64,000 nucleotides of DNA from an archaeon GW2011_AR15 (GTDB lineage Archaea > Nanobdellota > Nanobdellia > Woesearchaeales > GW2011-AR15), in assembly GCA_000830295.1 (NCBI GenBank), contig CP010425.1, positions 672,001-736,000 of the forward strand, in the 5' to 3' direction. Position 1 is the stretch's first letter. Every line of letters begins with the position of its first letter. The notes under the pieces were generated by a model that did not search any database, was not told the DNA's origin, and saw only the letters and a list, made by a program, of their open reading frames with translations. A program made the translations under genes and the position numbers. Positions 56,265 to 64,000 of this stretch are shown here, one piece after another.

Positions 56265-56571
56265 CTTTCACCGCCTTCTTCACTCTTGCGTCCCCTTTTG
56301 GAGAGGCGCTTCTTCCGAGCCTGTAATACACTTTCTCGGCCATCTCGCCCCAGGAATAATCGCCTTTCTCCTTCTCAACTTTCTCTATCTCAAATTCCCC
56401 GAGCTCAACCCCTTTCCGGAGATGGTAATATATCGAGCGCATGGTAACTTTAGGGAAAATTCCCACATAGTGCTTGTATATGTCATAGCCATATCCCTTG
56501 CCCAGGAAATAGAGTATCTCAACAATGTTCTGCCTTATCTGTGAACTTACGGGCCTGCCTCTCTGTTTCAT
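56251..56571 (-). CDS. Winged-helix-like conserved hypothetical protein
   Basis: RGRP..S.IRQ, YGY.IY, RSIYYHL.KG, YSWG. Confidence 0.75.
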   Translation of the reverse strand: MKQRGRPVSSQIRQNIVEILYFLGKGYGYDIYKHYVGIFPKVTMRSIYYHLRKGVELGEFEIEKVEKEKGDYSWGEMAEKVYYRLGRSASPKGDARVKKAVKDAKA

Positions 56572-56630
56572 CAGATTAGTATTGTAGAGAATGGTTTATA
56601 TATCTTTTCATAATAGAGAATAAGTGCAGA

Positions 56631-56870
56631 TCAGTTTGGCATGTTTCTTTTGTAATAGTATTGCCCAGGCATCTGTTTTCCAGGGTGGTTTCCAAAATAC
56701 TTGGAAGGGTCACTCATAATCTCTTCAATGGCATTCTTTGCATTAATCCCCGCAAGATACAGCTCAGAAGGGAGAATCCCGGTTTTGGCAGTTATGCCTA
56801 CAATAACAGAAGCAGCTATAAGCTGAGCCGCTTCATCAAGGACTATCTTTGCCAGGTTGCTCATAATCAA
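56631..56870 (-). CDS. Small hypothetical protein
   Basis: 79-aa ORF with TATA upstream; start uncertain. Confidence 0.45.
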   Translation of the reverse strand: MIMSNLAKIVLDEAAQLIAASVIVGITAKTGILPSELYLAGINAKNAIEEIMSDPSKYFGNHPGKQMPGQYYYKRNMPN

Positions 56871-56914
56871 TTACCACAGACATGTTTATATTTAAATTAT
56901 TCGTTTTACATAAT

Positions 56915-57856
56915 ATGAAGCAGATTTTTGTCCTGTCAAAAGAGAACATAGGGCTTGCAAAAGCCGAAGCGCTTTCCCTTGCCAAGCCGCAGGAATATGA
57001 GCTTATTGGCAATCTCCTTATAGCAGAAGCAAAAAAAGATTTTAGCCGGAGATTGGGTCTGACTCATTCTGCATATATGTTTTTATTCAGGTGCAGGGAA
57101 GAAGAGCTGCCGGAAAAAATAATGGCGTATGACTGGAACAGGATATACAGGAAAAATTTCTGTGTCAGGGTGCATGGCAGCAGAAAGTTTTCAGAGCGCG
57201 AAATCTCAACTATGGTATGGAAGCAGCTTGAAAATCCGAAAGTAAAGCTAAGTGGTTCAGGAACAAGGATTAAGTTTTTCTTTGAGGGGGGAATGGTGAT
57301 AGCCGGACTGTTTCTCTATGATGCAGACAAATCACAGCTCAAAAGAAAGGCGCACATGAGGCCGAAGCTTCATCCGACTTCCCTTCACCCGTCGCTGGCA
57401 AAAGCATGCATAAACCTTACAGGCCTTGAAAAAGGCACAGTGCTTGACCCGTTCTGCGGCTCAGGAGGAATACTCATAGAGGCAGGGCTGATGGGGCTTA
57501 ATGCAGTGGGATATGATATTGATGATGAGCAGCTGAAGAGGGCGGAAATAAACCTGAAGCATTACGGCCTGAAAAACTGCAGGCTTGAAAAAAAAGATGC
57601 AACAGCACTGGAATCAAAAGCCGATGCGGTTGTGACAGACCCCCCATACGGCAAAGGCTCCAGGGGGAAAAATCTCGAAAAATTATATATGGACTTTCTC
57701 TGGTCAGCAAGAAAAATTACAGGAAACATGGTTGTTATATTTCCGGACTTTATTGATTACAGGCAGATAATAGAAAAATCAGGATGGAAAATAAAAGGCG
57801 AATTTAGGGTTTATATCCACAAATCCCTGACAAGAATAATCCTGAAGCTCATTTAG
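56915..57856 (+). CDS. trm11: THUMP-domain tRNA m2G10 methyltransferase (Trm11/TrmG10)
   Basis: HPTSLHP.LA, LDPFCGSGG, TDPPYG, IHKSLTR. Confidence 0.88.
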   Translation: MKQIFVLSKENIGLAKAEALSLAKPQEYELIGNLLIAEAKKDFSRRLGLTHSAYMFLFRCREEELPEKIMAYDWNRIYRKNFCVRVHGSRKFSEREISTMVWKQLENPKVKLSGSGTRIKFFFEGGMVIAGLFLYDADKSQLKRKAHMRPKLHPTSLHPSLAKACINLTGLEKGTVLDPFCGSGGILIEAGLMGLNAVGYDIDDEQLKRAEINLKHYGLKNCRLEKKDATALESKADAVVTDPPYGKGSRGKNLEKLYMDFLWSARKITGNMVVIFPDFIDYRQIIEKSGWKIKGEFRVYIHKSLTRIILKLI

Positions 57857-58406
57857 CCCTGCTTTCTTTCTCAGCTTTCATCAGGAAATCCATAAGTGCA
57901 GTAATTTTCTTTTTGTCCATCACATACCCTTTTACTTTCATAAGAAGGTAATTCTTGTACGGCCTTACCATGTGCTGGATGCTGTCTATCTTCCTGCCGT
58001 TGAAATCGTAATTGCTGTATCCGGCAAGCTTTTTTCCGTTATATTTTTTCTCTTCCCTGAACTGAAGCTTTACATAAGTTCTGGGCATGCCCCAGTATTC
58101 CCCGTATGCCCTGCTTGCAAAATGCAGCTGCCACCAGTTGTCCCTGTAATTGCCTTCCATCCTAGGCTGCTCCATGAACCTTGTTATGAAGTGGAATTTG
58201 AGCTTATTGGCAAGATTCTTGAACATGATATGTATGATATAGAAGCCCATAGCAAATGCAGACAGGAGAATCTGCAGGAGAACCAGCAGGAGGTAAATTT
58301 CCAGGATTATCTCCCCAGCAAGGAATAGATGGGTTATCAGTCCAAAATAAAAGAGACTGGCTAAAACAGAGCCTGCAATTACTGCGGTTTTTTGCGTGTT
58401 TCCCAT
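57849..58406 (-). CDS. Hypothetical protein with two N-terminal TM helices
   Basis: 185-aa ORF. Confidence 0.65.
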   Translation of the reverse strand: MGNTQKTAVIAGSVLASLFYFGLITHLFLAGEIILEIYLLLVLLQILLSAFAMGFYIIHIMFKNLANKLKFHFITRFMEQPRMEGNYRDNWWQLHFASRAYGEYWGMPRTYVKLQFREEKKYNGKKLAGYSNYDFNGRKIDSIQHMVRPYKNYLLMKVKGYVMDKKKITALMDFLMKAEKESRAK

Positions 58407-58444
58407 TTTTTTCCTAATTGATTCTATATTATTTTATATTTAAA

Positions 58445-58996
58445 TTATGCCATTATGAGGGCAAAGAGCGGCCCTAAAAACGATATGTAAAGGAAAGTGA
58501 ATATGAAGCTCGTTATGCATTTTGATATTACATCAAAGGGAGGGTTCTGGATTATAACTGTCCTGTATATGAAATAGAGCACTGAATACATCAGCGCAGC
58601 AATGCTTCCGTATAAAATCATAGGGGCATTTCCAAATATGGCTACAGCAGCAGCAGTGGAGACGCTGTAAAAGAAGAAATTTGCGAAAGTCCCGTCTGAT
58701 GCGATGAAGGTTACAAAATCAATAGCCAACGTATTTATTGCCACGAAGATTATTGCCTCTTTTATCCCTATGAATTTTGCCAGCATAATGGCTGAGAAAT
58801 GCAGGGTATCCAGAACGACGACTTTAAGGCCGAACATCCCCCTGATATATTTTAGTATATAGGCGGCAATGCTGAAAAGGAATATGAAGAATACAGTCTT
58901 GTTGAGCTTTATCAGGAAAAGCATGACTACAAGGGCAAGGACATAATACTTCAGATTCTTCACGAACTTGCTCTTTTTTTTTCCCTCTTCTGCCAC
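58445..58996 (-). CDS. Multi-pass membrane protein, ECF S-component-like
   Basis: Basic N-terminus and about 6 TM segments; same layout as 1..528 and 17378..17908. Confidence 0.7.
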   Translation of the reverse strand: MAEEGKKKSKFVKNLKYYVLALVVMLFLIKLNKTVFFIFLFSIAAYILKYIRGMFGLKVVVLDTLHFSAIMLAKFIGIKEAIIFVAINTLAIDFVTFIASDGTFANFFFYSVSTAAAVAIFGNAPMILYGSIAALMYSVLYFIYRTVIIQNPPFDVISKCITSFIFTFLYISFLGPLFALIMA

Positions 58997-59114
58997 GGTA
59001 GGGGGTAGAATGCAGGCAGATTATTTAAATCTTGACAAAATCATACAAAGTATGATATTGTTTTACTATTGATTTTGAAATACATTTTTAAATGACCGCT
59101 GGTTTTCTCATTTT

Positions 59115-60203
59115 ATGCTTACCGAGAAAAAACGCCTTGAGCTGGAGAATCAGGGCTACAGGATAGTAGGGAACCATTCAGCAGTCAAGATATGCGGCTG
59201 GACCAAGAATGCCCTGAGGAGCAGGGGGATGTGCTACAAGAACACGTTCTACGGAATCCAGTCATGGAGATGCGTGCAGATGACACCTGCCCTGCAGCAC
59301 TGCAATTTCAGGTGCTGGCACTGCTGGAGAGACATAGCTACAGCATCAAGGGAATGGACAGGCCCTGTTGATGAGCCTAAAGAGATTGTTGACGGATGCA
59401 TAAGGGAGCATCTCGGGCTCTTAATGGGGTTCAGGGGAAACCCGAATGCAAACATGAAAAGGATTGAGGAAATGAAGGTACCGCTTCACTTTGCAATTTC
59501 ACTGACAGGGGAGCCGACAATGTATCCAAGGCTGCCCGAGCTTATTGATGAGATACAGGGGAGGGGAATGACAGCCTATCTTGTAACAAACGGGAGCTAT
59601 CCGGAGATGGTCGAGAAGATTATCGGGCATGAGCCGACACAGTTCTATATTACTCTCGCAGCCCCTACAGAGGAAATGTTCATCAAAACAACTAATCCAT
59701 TGACAAAGCATGCCTGGGAGAGATTCAATAAGACCTTGCAGCTTATGGAAAAAATGAAGTGCAGGAGAGTCTTAAGGCTGACCCTGACAAAAGGCCACAA
59801 CATGTACAATCCTGAGGAATACGGGAAATTCATAAAAAACCTTCATTTTGACTTTGTGGAATGCAAGGGATATGTCCATGTCGGCTATGCAAGGTACAGG
59901 AATACAAGGGACAACATGCCGACCCATGATGAGATAAAAGAATTTGCAGCCAAGGTTGCAGAGGCAGCCGGCCTGAAATATATTGATGAGAAGCCGGAAA
60001 GCTCTGTTGTTTTGCTGATGAAAGAGGACAGGCCTGACAGGATACTTGATTTTGAGGCAGAGCTGAGGAATGAGGTTGAGCTGCCGGATATTCTTGACAG
60101 CAAACCAGGCGGGCTTCCGATACTGAATTCTAATTCTATGCCAAAGAATTCAGGGCTGAAGATAATACAGGAAAGCGGCTGCGGGGATAACTGCAACTGC
60201 TGA
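59115..60203 (+). CDS. taw1: 4-demethylwyosine synthase (radical SAM)
   Basis: HSAVKICGWT, CYK..FYGI.S.RC.QMTP, CNFRCWHCWR, ISLTGEPT. Confidence 0.95.
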   Translation: MLTEKKRLELENQGYRIVGNHSAVKICGWTKNALRSRGMCYKNTFYGIQSWRCVQMTPALQHCNFRCWHCWRDIATASREWTGPVDEPKEIVDGCIREHLGLLMGFRGNPNANMKRIEEMKVPLHFAISLTGEPTMYPRLPELIDEIQGRGMTAYLVTNGSYPEMVEKIIGHEPTQFYITLAAPTEEMFIKTTNPLTKHAWERFNKTLQLMEKMKCRRVLRLTLTKGHNMYNPEEYGKFIKNLHFDFVECKGYVHVGYARYRNTRDNMPTHDEIKEFAAKVAEAAGLKYIDEKPESSVVLLMKEDRPDRILDFEAELRNEVELPDILDSKPGGLPILNSNSMPKNSGLKIIQESGCGDNCNC

Positions 60204-60253
60204 CTTAGGGGCTTCGTTAACAAAATTCTCCTAACTTTATATATAACTATTAT

Positions 60254-60919
60254 TTGCCTGGCTTTATGTACTATGAAATTGAAAGGACAGACGGATTAAG
60301 AATCATAACAGGAGAGAACGACAAAGTGATTTATACTTTTCTCGGTTATACAGAGGACAACAGGATTGATAAGTTTCCGGATATGAAAGAAATTAGAGGC
60401 CAGCCAAGAGTTGATACAAAAGGAGAAATTTCAACACTGCGGCTGTCAGGAATACTTGATATTAATTTAGCAAAAGATGATGACTTTAACCATTCAGATT
60501 CTCCGCTTCTCCAGATGGGTTCTGTTTATGTTTCGCCTGCAAAGAGGGCATATTCTATCGAGCATATAGAGTATGACCAATATGCAATAAAACACAGGGC
60601 AGGAAAGCCTGCGGGTAAGTATGAGCGCCATAGTGATGCCCTGCTATTGCTTTTTGAGGTTCTCGGAATACCTATAGAAGAGGAGTTCATAGACAAGCAG
60701 GTGATTGTAAGTGATGGAATTCACGACATATCCGAATATCTGATACCGGGCAGACCAGCATCTGTTGATGTGAGATACAAATACAGCAATGGAGAGGAAT
60801 TGGCGGAATATATAGAGCCGAGATGGGGTTTCCAGCCTAAGGCAGGATCATGGTTTAAGCCAAAACTTATAGAGCAGGCAACAACTATAACTTATTTTGA
60901 TGAATATAATAAGAGATAG
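60254..60919 (+). CDS. Hypothetical protein (start probably ATG 60266)
   Basis: Open ORF; TTTATATA 30 nt before 60266. Confidence 0.6.
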   Translation: MPGFMYYEIERTDGLRIITGENDKVIYTFLGYTEDNRIDKFPDMKEIRGQPRVDTKGEISTLRLSGILDINLAKDDDFNHSDSPLLQMGSVYVSPAKRAYSIEHIEYDQYAIKHRAGKPAGKYERHSDALLLLFEVLGIPIEEEFIDKQVIVSDGIHDISEYLIPGRPASVDVRYKYSNGEELAEYIEPRWGFQPKAGSWFKPKLIEQATTITYFDEYNKR

Positions 60920-60925
60920 GATAAA

Positions 60926-61327
60926 TCAGATATTATGTGCATACTCAAGGATAGGAGTTATATTCTCTGATACAACCACTTTTTCAGGTGCATCCGGAGA
61001 AGGATAATTAAGCACTCTTTCAGTCCTTAACTTATAGCCGATTAGTGCTTTATCACCAACATTAAATCTCTCGAACAGGTTATAGCCGTCTCCTGTAACA
61101 ATACGGGTATCCCCCTGGAAATGCACTGAATAAGCATCATAAGGCATCATGCCTTCAGAATAGCCTGGAGAAGGAAATCTTGGGACACTGCCTAAAAAAC
61201 CCGTTGACAGAACAACAGGCTCATGCTCTTTTGAGGCAACAAAAGCTCGCTCCTCAACCAGATCAGAAAGCTCCACTCTATTTTCCTTGGTCAGCCCAAG
61301 CCACCATGATAGCTTTTTTAATGACAT
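60926..61327 (-). CDS. Hypothetical protein
   Basis: 133-aa ORF, TATA about 30 nt upstream. Confidence 0.6.
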   Translation of the reverse strand: MSLKKLSWWLGLTKENRVELSDLVEERAFVASKEHEPVVLSTGFLGSVPRFPSPGYSEGMMPYDAYSVHFQGDTRIVTGDGYNLFERFNVGDKALIGYKLRTERVLNYPSPDAPEKVVVSENITPILEYAHNI

Positions 61328-61478
61328 CTTAACTCAGAGTGAGTGAAAGCTTATTTATAAAAATAGTGCTGCTGCTAAGCAATCAGGTTCACTCACACGT
61401 TTAGATTTACATTTAAAGATTATCAATAAAGAAATTACCTGAGATTATAATATATCAGGGTAAGGATACTCATAAATA

Positions 61479-61565
61479 TCATCGTATTTCAAGATGAGCA
61501 TATGACAAAGATACCATAAGTATCATTACCAGCGCAAGGCTGAATATCTCCATCAAATACTCCAT
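61479..61565 (-). CDS. 28-aa hydrophobic micro-protein MEYLMEIFSLALVMILMVSLSYAHLEIR
   Basis: Read manually; GAGGTGA SD 5 nt upstream. Confidence 0.45.
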   Translation of the reverse strand: MEYLMEIFSLALVMILMVSLSYAHLEIR

Positions 61566-61723
61566 CCTGTTCACCTCTTTTTCCCTGACAACCATTGTAT
61601 AATTTTGCATGTTGGTCCAATATTAATATACAAATCCATATACTAGAATGGTTTTTATATATAAATCTTTGCTTTTTTTGATTTAGCAAGCTATTTAAAG
61701 CATCAACCTCTTGATTATACCCG

Positions 61724-63514
61724 ATGGTTCTCAGCATAAGCAACGCGATAGGGCTGGTAAGCTTTGTTTCAATAATAGGGCTGGTAGTCCTCTATTTTCT
61801 GAGGCCAAAGCCATTCAAGAAAGTCATACCCAGCCTCATATTCCTTGAATCAAACAAGAAGCAGACCAGCTTTGCGGCATTTTTCAGGAAGTTCATAAAA
61901 GACTGGATGTTTTTTCTCCAGCTTCTTTTTCTCCTTCTGCTGTGCTTTGCAGCAGTAGGGCTCACTGCTGAGCTTTACATGAATAAGGTAAGCCAGGATG
62001 TTGTAATAGTTATAGACGCATCAGCAAGTTCAAATGCAGTGAGCAGCAGCGGGAGGCTGTTTGACAATTATCTTGATATAGCAAAAAAGAATCTTGGAGT
62101 GAGGAACACTATTATATTGGCCAAGGACACGCCTGAAATTGCGGCAAGGCAGACAAATCCAGTCAATGCCTTCAGGATCCTTTCCACTGTTAAATCAAGC
62201 CAGTCAAAAAGCAACATCTTTGATGCTATGATGATGGCAGGCCAGGTGACGGACAGTGCAGAGGTCATAGTCCTGAGCGATTTTATAGATACAAACTCCA
62301 GAAATCCTGTAATAGCAAAGCAGCTTCTTGAAGCCCGGGGATTTAGCGTAAAGATGGTAAAGAGCGGAGACGGGGAGGTATTCAACATAGGCATAGTCAA
62401 ATCCTCAGTTGAAGGAGAAGAGGCAGTTGCAGATGTCAGGAACTTTGACAGCCAGGCAAGGAAGATAATAGTCGAGAATACAGGAGAGGAGATTGTTATT
62501 CCTGCCCTGGGTGTGGAGCAGTTTACAGCGCCTCTTGATGACGGGCTTAATACAATAAGGATAACAACAGGAGACAATCTCAGGGATGACGATATATTAT
62601 ATATCTCCCTTCCTGACGGCTCAGAAGCAGGGGCATTGTTCGTATCAAACAGCGACAGCAATAACCTGTACTCGGCGCTTGATGCAATAGGCTACCTTAA
62701 TGTGGAAAAGGCAGAACCGCCGATTGTAAGAGTTGGAAACAAAAAAATATATGTGCTGAGCGATGTTGATTACTCGATTATACTTCCGGGAACTATAGAG
62801 GATATTGCGAAAGAAGTGAGGAATGGTGCAGGACTCATAATTGCAGCACAGGATAATCTTGACAGGGAAAAGCTTAAGGAACTTCTGCCTGTTGAAATCA
62901 CAGCTGAATCAAGGGAAGAGAGGGTGGTATTCAACACAGGCCCGACAAAATTTGAAAAATTTGATTTCGGCCAGAGCTCAAAATATTACAGGGCGACCCT
63001 GAAAAACAATGGCAGCACAGTGATTGCAGTTGCCAATGATGAGCAGAGCAGTCCGGTTATAGTCTCTGTGCCATACGGCAGGGGAAAAGTCTTTTTCTAC
63101 GGCATATTCGACCAGTATAATCCCTTTAGGCTCAATACCCAGTATCCTCTTTTCTGGATAGAGGCAGTTGAACACCTCACAGACAAGCAGGGACATGCAG
63201 AGCTGAATGTTGAGACAGGCTCTATATTATACGGGAACAACATAAGGAGCCCGTCAGGAAAAAGGAGCAGGGTATATGCAATAGCTGATGAGGCAGGCTT
63301 CTATGAAGTTGATAATTATAATGTTGCAGCAAATCTTCTCAGCCAGGACGAATCAGACATAAGCAGGCCGGTTGAACTTGAGGAAAGCCTTGATGTAGCC
63401 CAGTCAGAGCAGAAAATAAGGCAGGAATTCAACCTCGCCCCATTTTTTATCATCGTAGCTTTGCTCGCCTCATTGTTTGAAATATACATTATGAAAAGAA
63501 GAGGTGATGTATGA
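61724..63514 (+). CDS. BatA-like/vWA-domain membrane protein
   Basis: LYFLRPKP....PSL.F, VIDASAS MIDAS-like, VLSDF, GATase-like domain, C-terminal TM. Confidence 0.85.
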   Translation: MVLSISNAIGLVSFVSIIGLVVLYFLRPKPFKKVIPSLIFLESNKKQTSFAAFFRKFIKDWMFFLQLLFLLLLCFAAVGLTAELYMNKVSQDVVIVIDASASSNAVSSSGRLFDNYLDIAKKNLGVRNTIILAKDTPEIAARQTNPVNAFRILSTVKSSQSKSNIFDAMMMAGQVTDSAEVIVLSDFIDTNSRNPVIAKQLLEARGFSVKMVKSGDGEVFNIGIVKSSVEGEEAVADVRNFDSQARKIIVENTGEEIVIPALGVEQFTAPLDDGLNTIRITTGDNLRDDDILYISLPDGSEAGALFVSNSDSNNLYSALDAIGYLNVEKAEPPIVRVGNKKIYVLSDVDYSIILPGTIEDIAKEVRNGAGLIIAAQDNLDREKLKELLPVEITAESREERVVFNTGPTKFEKFDFGQSSKYYRATLKNNGSTVIAVANDEQSSPVIVSVPYGRGKVFFYGIFDQYNPFRLNTQYPLFWIEAVEHLTDKQGHAELNVETGSILYGNNIRSPSGKRSRVYAIADEAGFYEVDNYNVAANLLSQDESDISRPVELEESLDVAQSEQKIRQEFNLAPFFIIVALLASLFEIYIMKRRGDV

Positions 63515-64000
63515 TGCCTCTGACAATAACACAGCCTGAAGTTTTCTATCTCCTGATTCCACTCGCCATTTTATTATTTATACTGCTCAGGAAAAAATTT
63601 GTGAAGGACAGCGCAAGGCTGTTCAACCCAAAGGGGTGGAAGTGGTTCATATTTGCGATAAGAATGGTAATTTTTGCACTGCTGCTGCTTGCATTGTCTG
63701 CTCCGTATATGGATATTGTGGAGGAGTCCACCAACCTGACAACACTGAAAGTGCTTGTTGACAAGTCAGGCTCCATGGAACTCTATGATGTTGACAGCGC
63801 AGTTGCAGCAATAAGCAGCTCTTCAGACATACCTGTTGAGATACACGAGCTGGAGATGGGGGAGCATACTGCACTCGGGACGGCAATCCTGAGCTACCTT
63901 ACACCTGAGGAAAATATACTTCTGATTACAGACGGCAGGAATAATTTCGGCACAGAGCTTAAGGATGTAGCACTGTTCGCATCCTCGCTTAATTCAAGAT
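63511..64000 (+). CDS. vWA-domain membrane protein (partial, runs off window end)
   Basis: Read manually: GAGGTGA SD, ATGA overlap, two TM, LVDKSGSM, TALG.AI, LITDG. Confidence 0.85.
   Translation, partial: MMPLTITQPEVFYLLIPLAILLFILLRKKFVKDSARLFNPKGWKWFIFAIRMVIFALLLLALSAPYMDIVEESTNLTTLKVLVDKSGSMELYDVDSAVAAISSSSDIPVEIHELEMGEHTALGTAILSYLTPEENILLITDGRNNFGTELKDVALFASSLNSR

Overview
Archaeal chromosomal window, most likely a DPANN lineage (Woesearchaeota-like). This is inferred from gene content: TFB, aRF1, aIF5A, eL40, ABCE1, Taw1, archaeal-type ValRS, Pol II-like PolB, and many TATA boxes about 30 nt before leaderless ATGs. It holds about 75 CDS, one tRNA-His(GUG), two AT-rich accessory patches (about 22.3-25.0 kb and 40.2-41.85 kb) and a 10-gene LysW-dependent alpha-aminoadipate lysine operon. 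No rRNA, CRISPR-Cas, integrase or transposase was seen. Best leads: (1) the lysine operon has no LysK but carries an EgtC/Dug3-like Ntn amidohydrolase, a candidate non-orthologous LysK replacement; (2) a 14-aa Val-Val-Val leader ORF with hairpins and U-tracts precedes valS, suggesting ribosome-coupled attenuation in an archaeon; (3) two ~85-bp units with shared fold but different sequence lie between repeats of the tRNA-His 3' end; (4) a TrhO-like tRNA hydroxylase fused to a U32-type C-terminal domain sits near a TrmR-like O-methyltransferase; (5) ABCE1 has lost exactly the four ligands of one Fe-S cluster. All family assignments come from motif recognition by eye, not from database searches.
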